NCBI GenBank assembly: GCA_050295955.1
Contig: JBNKQQ010000024.1
Location: 13,225-77,224, forward strand
Direction of reading: 5' to 3'
Source of the DNA: Thiohalomonadales bacterium
GTDB taxonomy: Bacteria; Pseudomonadota; Gammaproteobacteria; RBG-16-57-12
DNA length: 64,000 nucleotides
A program made the translations under genes and the position numbers. Positions 41,658-51,139 of this stretch are shown in pieces; position 1 is the first letter of the stretch, and each line of letters opens with the position of its first letter. A model generated the notes under the pieces. It had not been told where the DNA came from and did not search any database. It saw only the letters and a program-made list of their open reading frames with translations.

Positions 41658-44600
41658 TCATATCCCATACATAGGATAGGTATCATCAAAATGATTCCCC
41701 CCTGGAATAACGTTGGCGTGCAAGTTAAATATTGACCCCAAAAAACCTCCATTAACGGGGTCAAAAGCTTTATTCGTTACGTCAACATTTAGTGTCGCAC
41801 CTGCCCCAAATGGAAGCGAGTGTACTTCAGCATACGGAGCAGCTCCGGAAGCTACAAGATTTGAAGCATCTAAAGCTCCTAAGCTGTGTCCAGTTAGTGG
41901 AGTGCCCCATGAAGTAAACATATAATGTAAACTTGAAGCATTTGGAAGCCCTTGGTAGGCCAGAGCAACATCCGCCACATCAAATATAAAGCTCCCACAA
42001 TATGCAGCTCTAGTGCAAAACCCTCCCATATGCCCCTCAGTCGCGTTAAATCTCGATCCAAGCATGGCATTTCCCATACCAGATATTGCAAGCAACCCTA
42101 TATTTAACTCGGTCATAGAAACACCATGACGTGCTACCTCTTTAGCTAATTTATTACTGAAATAGCTATTCAGCCGGTAATCTACAATAGAAGAGGCAAC
42201 AGATGCAGCAGCCCAAGCGGCACTTTGCGTTCTAGCATACATACTCACAGCATTCGCATACCCTCCCATTACTGGTGACAAGATACTGTATGCACGCAAG
42301 CCATGTGCAGCACCATATTTCAACGAATCTTCAATACTAGCTCCATTAGAATACGCCCTATTTGCTTTGTACATCCCGTATGACATAGCAATACCTTTTG
42401 CACATAAGGCACCAGCGCTCATCGCACACGTCGCAACACCCGCCTGAACAGCTAATATATTCCTTCCATCCTTAGTTTGAGCCATCATCGCAGATCCAGT
42501 AATAGGGTCAATTGCCTGAACAACTGTAGCAACTACAGTCTTTACATCATTGCTCAAACTTTTCCACTTCTTACTCAACCAGCTATAACCTGACGGATCA
42601 ACACGAGATAGCGGATTATTGTCAGTGTAGGAATAACGATTCCATCCTTGCGTACTAGCGGGATAAGCGACTCTAGGATCAGCGCTTAGGAAACGCGCTA
42701 GTTCTGGATCATATACCCGCCCCCCCATATGAATCAGCCCAACATTGTCTAACGACTTATGCTTGGTATAAGCTAGCCCGGTGATACCGGATGTCATCAA
42801 TGCCACATAACCATCATTCCATTGCGCATCACGGCGTTTGCCAAATGGATCATAGCTAAAGCGTTCTGCAATTTGCCCATTCTCTTTGGTAATGACAGAG
42901 ATAGACCCTAAGTGATCGGTATGGAAGTAGCGTAAGGTAGTTGCCGCATTACTCTTACGAGTGTGTACCGCCACCAACTTACTGCCTGCGTAAACGTTAT
43001 TACGATACTCAATCGTGCCTCCGGGCTTATTCACCTGCTCAAACAGCTTGCCCACATAGCGGCTGGTCGTCGTACCTTGGGAGGTTACCGCTACTTGCTT
43101 ATACAGATTACGGTTAGGCCCATAGGTAAACGCAGTACTGTTTGTACCTTGGGTAATCAGCGAAGGCTTATTATACGAGGTGTAGTTAACCACTCTCCCT
43201 CGGCCATTAATCATGTTGCCGTTGGCATCGTAACTGAGGCTTGCACCCTGCACATAGGTCACTGCATGGGGACCGGCACCATTTTGGCCATAGATGTAGC
43301 TGCCTAGATCACTACTGTATTGAATATTCCCCACCGCATCATATTGATAACTTTTCGCGGTAGTGCCATTGATGGTGGCATTGGTTAATCGATTAAGCGC
43401 ATCATAGGTAAACGTTTCAGTAACACCGGTTTGCCCCAACCATTTTTGGTTATAGTCATAACGGGCTTCTAGATTGCCCAGATTATCAAAGTCATATTCC
43501 AGATACTGAATCTGGGCACTCGCTCCGGTGGTAATAGACGCCAGCGCCCCACTGATGGGATGGAATTCTCGCACAGTACTTAAGCCATTACCCAGCGCTT
43601 CCCAGGTCACATTGCCATTGGCATTGGTGCTGACACGCGACCAAAAAGTATAGCCAGAGCCAACTTCCTTCACATCGGTTAAGAAGCCGGTTGCACTATA
43701 GACATTTTGAGTTTTGAAACGACCAGAGCTCCCCGATGCGGGATAGGTCACATACTGTAGCCGACTCAAATTGTCGTATTGGTTGGTCACTACATAATCC
43801 ACACCATCCAATTTAGTGGTTACTGATGATGCTCTACCCAAATTATCGTAGGCATAGATCTCTTGATAGTTATCACTACCTCTCACCATTTTGTGCAGCT
43901 TGCCTTTTCCTGCACCAGCGGCGGTATCGTAATACCAAGTGGTAGTTCCTCCGGTCGTTTCCGAGCGAGTCTTTAAGCGATTGAGCGTATCGTAGCTCAT
44001 AGTGATGGTTTGGTTCTTGGCATCGGTTTGGCTTCTGAGTAAACCCAGCGAGTCATAGCGATAGCTCCACGCGCCAAGATTAGGATCGTCAACTCCAATC
44101 TTATTACCTTGCGCATTATATTGATAGGTGACTCGATTTTGGTAAGGATCTACCGTCTCCATAAGGCGACCAAAGCCATCATAGTAGTAACGATTCGCGT
44201 TATTGTTGCTATCGATACTTTGTAGCAACTTACCCGAAGAGCTCTTGTACTGCACCGAGGTCAAGGCAGTGGTGCCATTATTCCCTTTGCGATAGCGAGT
44301 GGTTGCTGTTTTTACTCCTTGGCCAGATACAAATGGGTAATAGATCATTACCTCGTCAGGATTAGCGACATTCGTATTACCTGGCAATAACATCTTGCTG
44401 AGGCGGCCATAGCTATCATAGATATATTGTTTCCAATAGATAACCGGACCATCAAACTCATTGCGTGACTCTTTGGTGACACGGCCTAAATTGTCATACA
44501 CCTTGTATTGATGAACATACTCACCATCCACGTTCTGTACATGGCTTGAGGTTTGTCGACCAAGAGTATCATAGTGAACCATCTTGATAGGCTTGCCAGA

Positions 44601-47600
44601 ACCTGATGATTTGACATAAAACTTATCGTATTGACCACAATAAACACCCGGATCACAGGAGAGATATTCCCACTGGGTATACGTTCCATCAGCACGATTC
44701 TCTCGAATCTTCCGCGCAAAAGCATCATACTGCCAAGAGGTCGTAATGCCATTGATTCCGACCTGAGAAACCGTATTACCCGTCGCTCTATCAATCACCA
44801 TTGATGATGTTTGCAACAGGGGGTTGGTTGTAGTAATTGTTAACTGAGTCGGCGTATAGCTATAACTTGTTGATGTCGTTCTCGCGACAATGTTTCCAGT
44901 AGCGGTACCATCACGACCTTCAATTTTATGAGAGTTCTGATTGCCATAGTTGTTATAGGTAAAGGTCTCTGTACGCTCAACATTGGTACCGACTTGACTG
45001 GTCTTAGTCCATAGTGCTCCAGTACCAGGATAGTAAGTAAAGTCTGTTCTATCCGTCACTGGTAAAGCATAACTTCCTGCCACCAGACTAGATGGTGTAG
45101 AAGAGACCATCGAGGTACAGATATTAAATATCCAGTTTGCCGTATCAGCAGCACACGGAGTGTTCTCTTGGGTTGTGAAGGAACCATCAAGTAACGTCGT
45201 TACGCTTCGACCAACTATCCCATAAAGATTAATATTGTAGTTATTAGTGGTATCTTCAGAGATCTTCCCTCCACTTGCAGGCTCATAGGCAGTGGAAATA
45301 GATTGGCTTAGATATGGGTAAGGCCGGCCTTTGTCTGAGTTAATACTCAGCCATGTATTAACGTTCTTCCCAACTAATTTACCGTTAACAATGGTCTCAG
45401 TTTTATTCACCAAGCCATTGGCCCAATAGTCAGAAGGCATAGTTTGCTGACGATAATAGGTGTTTACTGTTGTATTGCTCTGCTGATTTGTTATCGATGT
45501 TTTGGCAAAGCCAAGAAAGCCTCGACCTTTCACATTTATCTTTGCACCCTCATAATGATATGAATATGTATTTTGCCCCCCTATTCCATTACTTATAGAA
45601 TAATTGGAAGCAACATACATTGATCCTTGGTAATCACGAATGGAATAGGGATATGTTTGGGTATTGTACTTTGTATAGACTGCATCATCCGTTATTGTCG
45701 TATATTGAATATCTGTTCTTACACTGGAGCCAGACTCAATACTAATGACTTGGTCCCGACCTGCGCTACCATGTGAGACATACAAATCATGTTTCTCATA
45801 AGGAACCCAAGCCTTATCAGGTAATCCATCACCATTTATGTCAGGATAACCTTCGTGCCAACTATTGTAAGCATAGGGGTTCCCCCCCCCCGCAGAACCC
45901 GCCGAAATCCAAATTTTTGGCGTCGAGAAACCATTACCCGTTGATAACGCAACATAAAGATCATGTCGACCAGATGGCACCCATGCAAAGTCAACAAGAC
46001 CATCACCATTTACATCAATAGCTGCTTCATGCCGCCCTTCAAAACCATATGGCTTTGAATATGTTGATGGATACTCACCAAGCCATATTGTCGGCGTTGA
46101 GAAAGAGGTGCCTGTTGATAGTGCTACATAACGCTCTTGCCTACCATAGGGGACCCAGATTTTGTCCGCTAAGCCATCACCATTCACATCACCATAATGT
46201 TCATGCCAACCATTGTATCCATACGGATTAGCACCATCTGCTGAACCCGCGGCTAACCATATCTGGGGAGCTAAAAAACCATTTCCGTTACCTAATGCCA
46301 CATATAGATCATGCCTCTGGTATGGCACCCATAACTTATCTAGCAGACCATCACCATTCACATCTACATACTGTTCATGCCTACCAATGTATCCATATGG
46401 ATTAGCACCATCTGCAGCGCCAGCGGCAATCCAAATTGTTGGCGTGGAAAAACCATTACCCATTGATAAAGCAACGTAAAGATCATGTCGACCAGATGGC
46501 ACCCATGCAAAGTCGACAAGGCCATCACCATTTATATCAATGGCCGCTTCATGCCGCCCTTCAAAACCATATGGCTTTGAATATGTTGATGGATCCTCAC
46601 CAAGCCATATTGTCGGCGTTGAGAAAGAGGTACCGGTTGATAGCGCGACATAACGCTCTTGCCTACCATAGGGAACCCAGATTTTGTCCGCTAAGCCATC
46701 ACCATTCACATCACCATAATGTTCATGCCAACTATTATATCCATACGGATTAGCACCATCTGCCGATCCTGCTGCCAACCATATTTTAGGCGTCGAAAAG
46801 CCATTATCAGAAGCTAATGCAACATATAAATCATGCCGACCAGATGGAACCCATAATTTATCTTGTCTCCCATCACCATTTACATCGGCATAGCTTTCAT
46901 GCCTACCTTCAAATCCATATGGGTTTGCACCGCCAGCAGCCCCAGCATTAATTTTAAGCTGTGGAGTTTCAAAGGAAGGAAGCGATGTATTTTCTACAGA
47001 TTCCCACTTTATCTTTACAGGGTCCTTACATACACCATAAGCACATTCAGCAATGGATTGAATTAAACTTCTATTAGTAGAATAGCTATTAACATATGAA
47101 ACAGTATATGCCCTTATCTCAGATAGATTGTGCTGAACTCTTATTCCCTTAAGCCTAAACGGCGTACTTATTTTGGCACCTGCAGTAAATCCAGTGAAAA
47201 TATCACTGCGATTTTCATAATCAAAAATTAACGAAGTATTTCCCTCTGCATAGTCTATCTGGCTAACATGATAATAGCCTTCATCACGATTTTGGGTATA
47301 GTTATAAATTATCTGATTACCAAAGCGATCAGAGATTTTAGTCACTGGCCAAACATATGAGTAAACTTGACCGTTTGATTGATTCTTTATGGCAATAGGC
47401 ATACCACCATATTCAAAAATACGACCCGATTTATCTATAACTTCAAAATATTGTGGTGCATTATTGTAAGTGCCATAAGAAATGACTCTTGAGTAAGATT
47501 CAATTTCAGTTCTGTATTCTGTGCCGGAAGCCCCATATGCACCAGAAACAGCAAAAAGCTGCTGCCCATCCAAACAGAAACGATCAGAGCTATCAAATTT

Positions 47601-47921
47601 AACTCCAGCCACTTCACCATTTTGTTCGATTGTTTTTCCGCAACGGGTTATCGATGAGAGTCCACCTAAACTCCAGCCAACACCCAAGAGTCCATTTCCC
47701 CCTTGACTGTTGTAATTAAGAGAAATCCCTGGCTGTAAGCCATTGATACCGGGAGGAACTTCAATAGGAATTGAATAACTTGCTGCACCGGTAGGGCTAA
47801 CATCAAAATTACCGGTTAATGAGCCATTATAAGTAGTCGCATTTGCATGTGTTGAGAGACACAAAACAAACAAAGCAACCAGCCATGCATAGCTGACCTT
47901 CATTTTCATACAGATATCCAT
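41658..47921 (-). CDS. Secreted SpvB-N/FG-GAP/RHS-YD repeat protein (TcB-TcC fusion-like) with a lipase-like C-terminal domain
   Basis: Signal peptide ending THANA; GAASYSIPIEVPPG...GVGWSLGG SpvB N-terminus; DxNGDG repeats; GRGFLGF; YD repeats; TDHLGS and PLSRVDPSG core; GHSLG in the tip. Start may be 47909 or 47903. Confidence 0.92.
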   Translation of the reverse strand: MDICMKMKVSYAWLVALFVLCLSTHANATTYNGSLTGNFDVSPTGAASYSIPIEVPPGINGLQPGISLNYNSQGGNGLLGVGWSLGGLSSITRCGKTIEQNGEVAGVKFDSSDRFCLDGQQLFAVSGAYGASGTEYRTEIESYSRVISYGTYNNAPQYFEVIDKSGRIFEYGGMPIAIKNQSNGQVYSYVWPVTKISDRFGNQIIYNYTQNRDEGYYHVSQIDYAEGNTSLIFDYENRSDIFTGFTAGAKISTPFRLKGIRVQHNLSEIRAYTVSYVNSYSTNRSLIQSIAECAYGVCKDPVKIKWESVENTSLPSFETPQLKINAGAAGGANPYGFEGRHESYADVNGDGRQDKLWVPSGRHDLYVALASDNGFSTPKIWLAAGSADGANPYGYNSWHEHYGDVNGDGLADKIWVPYGRQERYVALSTGTSFSTPTIWLGEDPSTYSKPYGFEGRHEAAIDINGDGLVDFAWVPSGRHDLYVALSMGNGFSTPTIWIAAGAADGANPYGYIGRHEQYVDVNGDGLLDKLWVPYQRHDLYVALGNGNGFLAPQIWLAAGSADGANPYGYNGWHEHYGDVNGDGLADKIWVPYGRQERYVALSTGTSFSTPTIWLGEYPSTYSKPYGFEGRHEAAIDVNGDGLVDFAWVPSGRHDLYVALSTGNGFSTPKIWISAGSAGGGNPYAYNSWHEGYPDINGDGLPDKAWVPYEKHDLYVSHGSAGRDQVISIESGSSVRTDIQYTTITDDAVYTKYNTQTYPYSIRDYQGSMYVASNYSISNGIGGQNTYSYHYEGAKINVKGRGFLGFAKTSITNQQSNTTVNTYYRQQTMPSDYWANGLVNKTETIVNGKLVGKNVNTWLSINSDKGRPYPYLSQSISTAYEPASGGKISEDTTNNYNINLYGIVGRSVTTLLDGSFTTQENTPCAADTANWIFNICTSMVSSTPSSLVAGSYALPVTDRTDFTYYPGTGALWTKTSQVGTNVERTETFTYNNYGNQNSHKIEGRDGTATGNIVARTTSTSYSYTPTQLTITTTNPLLQTSSMVIDRATGNTVSQVGINGITTSWQYDAFARKIRENRADGTYTQWEYLSCDPGVYCGQYDKFYVKSSGSGKPIKMVHYDTLGRQTSSHVQNVDGEYVHQYKVYDNLGRVTKESRNEFDGPVIYWKQYIYDSYGRLSKMLLPGNTNVANPDEVMIYYPFVSGQGVKTATTRYRKGNNGTTALTSVQYKSSSGKLLQSIDSNNNANRYYYDGFGRLMETVDPYQNRVTYQYNAQGNKIGVDDPNLGAWSYRYDSLGLLRSQTDAKNQTITMSYDTLNRLKTRSETTGGTTTWYYDTAAGAGKGKLHKMVRGSDNYQEIYAYDNLGRASSVTTKLDGVDYVVTNQYDNLSRLQYVTYPASGSSGRFKTQNVYSATGFLTDVKEVGSGYTFWSRVSTNANGNVTWEALGNGLSTVREFHPISGALASITTGASAQIQYLEYDFDNLGNLEARYDYNQKWLGQTGVTETFTYDALNRLTNATINGTTAKSYQYDAVGNIQYSSDLGSYIYGQNGAGPHAVTYVQGASLSYDANGNMINGRGRVVNYTSYNKPSLITQGTNSTAFTYGPNRNLYKQVAVTSQGTTTSRYVGKLFEQVNKPGGTIEYRNNVYAGSKLVAVHTRKSNAATTLRYFHTDHLGSISVITKENGQIAERFSYDPFGKRRDAQWNDGYVALMTSGITGLAYTKHKSLDNVGLIHMGGRVYDPELARFLSADPRVAYPASTQGWNRYSYTDNNPLSRVDPSGYSWLSKKWKSLSNDVKTVVATVVQAIDPITGSAMMAQTKDGRNILAVQAGVATCAMSAGALCAKGIAMSYGMYKANRAYSNGASIEDSLKYGAAHGLRAYSILSPVMGGYANAVSMYARTQSAAWAAASVASSIVDYRLNSYFSNKLAKEVARHGVSMTELNIGLLAISGMGNAMLGSRFNATEGHMGGFCTRAAYCGSFIFDVADVALAYQGLPNASSLHYMFTSWGTPLTGHSLGALDASNLVASGAAPYAEVHSLPFGAGATLNVDVTNKAFDPVNGGFLGSIFNLHANVIPGGNHFDDTYPMYGI
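45765..46945 (-). repeat. Seven 58-aa (174-bp) FG-GAP/VCBS-like repeats containing a 522-bp higher-order duplication
   Basis: Units PYG..HE..DVNGDG..D..WVP....LYVAL; DNA near 45959 recurs near-identically at 46481. Confidence 0.9.
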
Positions 47922-48090
47922 ATATTAAAAATTAATAAAAAACAGATGGATTTTACCTGCATGCATGGGCACAACCTATTCAGATTTGTCTTATTAGGCT
48001 GTAGGAATTATCTTGCTTATACACCAAATATAAAGGGGTAATTGAGGATGGATGCTTTAATAGTCACAATGAGTGCTTTATCTTCTTATA

Positions 48091-48134
48091 AATAAAAAGC
48101 CACCACAGATGTCATTCTATGGTGGCTTTTTATT
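48091..48134 (-). terminator. Bidirectional terminator-like hairpin between the membrane-protein gene and the RHS gene
   Basis: AATAAAAAGCCACCACAGA-TGTCAT-TCTATGGTGGCTTTTTATT. Confidence 0.75.
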
Positions 48135-48196
48135 GATGCAGGCTGTGACAACTTATTTAGTACAATTCACTGCAGTAAATCCATTACATCGCTTAT

Positions 48197-48688
48197 TTAC
48201 TGCTCCATACGATTGATCAGTACATCCAAGTTACGGGTGTCCAAGTTTGGTAAGCGGGTAATAGGCTCACTCAGGGAGCGAACCTGTACTGGATTCAATA
48301 CCCGCTTCTCATTCAGCGTGTTGGTTAGTTGTAGAAATTGGCTGCGATTAACATTGATATTTTCTGCGGCCAGCCTTACTTCTTTGCTGATGGCTTTGTT
48401 GGTTTCAGCCACCACCTTCACCTCATCACTCAGCTTTTCACTCTTTTGTGCTACCTGAGTTACCTGCTCTTCCAACCGTTCAAACTCAGCGCGAAAACCG
48501 TCAGCGGACACTTCGACACTGGCACCACTCCAAACTGAAAGACCGACCAGCAATACACCGAAAAAGCTAAGTACGCCACCGCCAACGCCCAATACCTGCT
48601 TACGGATCCACACCCAGCAGACGGAGACCAGCACCATACATCCCAACAGCAGCCCCACTAGAAACGCCATCTCTTTGACGTCCATCAT
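48197..48688 (-). CDS. Hypothetical membrane-anchored coiled-coil protein
   Basis: Two N-terminal hydrophobic segments followed by a heptad-rich region; GAGGA RBS. Confidence 0.75.
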   Translation of the reverse strand: MMDVKEMAFLVGLLLGCMVLVSVCWVWIRKQVLGVGGGVLSFFGVLLVGLSVWSGASVEVSADGFRAEFERLEEQVTQVAQKSEKLSDEVKVVAETNKAISKEVRLAAENINVNRSQFLQLTNTLNEKRVLNPVQVRSLSEPITRLPNLDTRNLDVLINRMEQ

Positions 48689-48871
48689 CCTATCCTCTCG
48701 CTATTTTTAAATAACTCTCTATCAAACATAACTCCCATAAACACATATGGAAAGGGAAAGTTGTCATCTGAGCCAAAGCAGCGCTATTAACAGTATAAAA
48801 ATTGAGCATTAAATATATTCTCATCACTCTATAATCATTTAATAAGCCACATCCTAAACAAGGAGAGTAAG

Positions 48872-49846
48872 ATGCCTGCAATCAGTTACTCTGGCCCAGA
48901 CTATGAATATGATCTGGATGATGAGATTCAAAAAATCCGGCGCCATCAAATTCATCGGGGAATCCCGGAGAAGAAGCCTGATAATATGCTTCTTGCTTCA
49001 TGGAATCTATGCAATCTCGGTGATAATAAGCAGCAAAGAACCACTAGTGACTTGGTATTGATGGCTGAAATTCTCCGCCCTTTTGACTTAATTGCAGTGC
49101 AGGAGATAAAAGATAACTTTCGTCAGTTTCGCGATCTCGTTCACCTCCTTGGTGGAAATTATGATTACATGATCACCGACCGTGCTGGGAATGATGAGAG
49201 GCTGGGTTTTATCTACGACACCAATCGTGTAAAGCGGTTGCAGCTAGCTGCGGAATTAGTAGTGCCAAAAAGGGAAAGCAAAAGCATTACCGTTGTATAC
49301 GATAACAAAAATACTGAAGCAAAATTTAGCGGCTTTAATCGTAATCCCTATCTGGCCTCATTCAGATCTGGGCAATTCAATTTTACCTTGGCCAATGTCC
49401 ATATCATTTTTGGCAGTGGAAAACGGGGTTACCTGAAAAGAATCGCGGAGGTCTTCAACCTAGCTCACTGGGCACATACCCGGGTGACCAAAAAGTCTGA
49501 GCGCACCTTTGACCAAGACATTATATTAATTGGTGACTTTAATACCCCTAAGGCCAATATGACGGATCGGGTGGGAAAACAGCTGCTCGCCTATGGAATG
49601 CAACCAACCACTCACGGCAGTAAAATGGGCTCAAACCTGGCGGGAACCGATCATTATGATCAGATCGCCTTCCATCCAGAACATACTAATAATAAATTTA
49701 CTGGCATAAGCGGTGTCTTTGATTTTGATAAGGTGCTGTTTACCGATATTTGGCGTAATCATCCTGTGCACTTTACAAAATTTACGCAGTATCACATCAG
49801 TGATCACCGGCCAATCTGGAGCGAATGGAATAACACCTTTTCGTGA
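48872..49846 (+). CDS. Endonuclease/exonuclease/phosphatase (DNase I-like) family protein
   Basis: ASWNL, AVQEI, RNPY, NVH, IGDFN, YDQI, SDHRP catalytic motifs; AAGGAG RBS. Confidence 0.9.
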   Translation: MPAISYSGPDYEYDLDDEIQKIRRHQIHRGIPEKKPDNMLLASWNLCNLGDNKQQRTTSDLVLMAEILRPFDLIAVQEIKDNFRQFRDLVHLLGGNYDYMITDRAGNDERLGFIYDTNRVKRLQLAAELVVPKRESKSITVVYDNKNTEAKFSGFNRNPYLASFRSGQFNFTLANVHIIFGSGKRGYLKRIAEVFNLAHWAHTRVTKKSERTFDQDIILIGDFNTPKANMTDRVGKQLLAYGMQPTTHGSKMGSNLAGTDHYDQIAFHPEHTNNKFTGISGVFDFDKVLFTDIWRNHPVHFTKFTQYHISDHRPIWSEWNNTFS

Positions 49847-49853
49847 AAGAGAT

Positions 49854-51122
49854 TTAAGCAGACCGCTTCTTCATCTCTGACTCGACCAGTATTGCAACTT
49901 TATCCAGCGCGCCGCGGTTCTCCTCCACCAATCGCTTGCCATTTTCACCCATGGATTCACGTAACGCATCGTCCTTAAATAGGGCAATGACTTCTCGTGC
50001 CAGATGAGCAGGTGTTTCCACTTCAATGGCGGCCTCACCTTGTTGCAACAGACGGTGTATTTCAGCGAAATTGAACATATGGGGACCGGTTAGTACAGGC
50101 AATCCTAGCGAGGCAGGTTCCAGCAAGTTATGTCCACCGGTGGGAACCAGACTACCGCCCACAAAGGCGACATCTGAAGCGGCAAACATCAGCATCAACT
50201 CGCCCATGCTATCCCCAAGAAAGATCTGCACTTCATCATGGCATGGCTGTTTTTGACTGCGCCTTACCAGCTTTAAGCCTCGATTAATACAGAGCTCCGC
50301 TACATCATCAAATCGCTCTGGGTGACGTGGCACCAGAATCAATAGCGTCTCGGGCAGATGTCGACGAATCTGCTCAAAAGCATCCAGGATCTGCTCATCT
50401 TCCCCCTTATGAGTACTGGCTGCAATGAACACTTTACGTAACACCCCAAGCTGTTTACGCAGCTCTCCCGCCTCATTGGCCAACTCCCGGGGGGGATGAA
50501 AATCAAACTTCAGACTGCCCGTAACATGGATATGTGCGGGATCGGCACCCAACATAATCAACCGCTCTTCATCATCGCGGTTTTGTACTGCAATCTGACT
50601 AAAGTTACTTAATGCTTCCTCCACCAATGTGGCAAAGCGAGCGTAGCCTTGTGCCGACTTTTCTGACATGCGGGCATTCGCCAACATGGTGGGAATACGC
50701 TGTTTTTTACAATAGTGCAGCATGTTAGGCCAGATTTCCGTCTCCATCACGATCAACATCTTGGGTTGCACTCTCGCCAAGAAGCGCTTGATACAACCAG
50801 GAGTGTCATAGGGAACGTAACGATGGTGAACATTACCCTTGATCTGCTCCACTCGCTCTGCACCGGTAGGCGTCATGGTGGTGATCAGGATATGGTGATG
50901 AGGATAAAACTGCTGCAAACGGCCTATCAATGGCCGGGAGGCCTGTACCTCGCCCACGGAGACTGCATGGATCCAAATGGTAGGTGTAGTGGAGCGACGC
51001 CCAAACCCGAAGCGCTCCAGTATACGTTCCCGGTAAGCGGGTGCCTTACGGGAACGAAGCAGAAGACGAATAAGAATAAGCGGTAATGCCGCAACAAAAA
51101 GTAGTGAGTAGAGGGCGCGCAC
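49854..51122 (-). CDS. waaA: Kdo transferase WaaA
   Basis: WIHAVSVGE, ETEIWPN, ASTHKGE, VPRHPERF, GGHNLLEP. Confidence 0.97.
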   Translation of the reverse strand: MRALYSLLFVAALPLILIRLLLRSRKAPAYRERILERFGFGRRSTTPTIWIHAVSVGEVQASRPLIGRLQQFYPHHHILITTMTPTGAERVEQIKGNVHHRYVPYDTPGCIKRFLARVQPKMLIVMETEIWPNMLHYCKKQRIPTMLANARMSEKSAQGYARFATLVEEALSNFSQIAVQNRDDEERLIMLGADPAHIHVTGSLKFDFHPPRELANEAGELRKQLGVLRKVFIAASTHKGEDEQILDAFEQIRRHLPETLLILVPRHPERFDDVAELCINRGLKLVRRSQKQPCHDEVQIFLGDSMGELMLMFAASDVAFVGGSLVPTGGHNLLEPASLGLPVLTGPHMFNFAEIHRLLQQGEAAIEVETPAHLAREVIALFKDDALRESMGENGKRLVEENRGALDKVAILVESEMKKRSA

Positions 51123-51139
51123 CCGTACGCTCCTGATAA

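Noticed and set aside
41614-41661. 15-codon frame overlapping the RHS stop, as a possible immunity gene
   Set aside because: Too short for an immunity protein; kept only as a possible remnant
45765-46945. Repeats that might be a CRISPR array
   Set aside because: They are in-frame 174-bp coding repeats with no unique spacers, and no cas genes are present
41425-49853. Island as a prophage, IS or integrative element
   Set aside because: No integrase, transposase, tRNA target or direct repeats were seen
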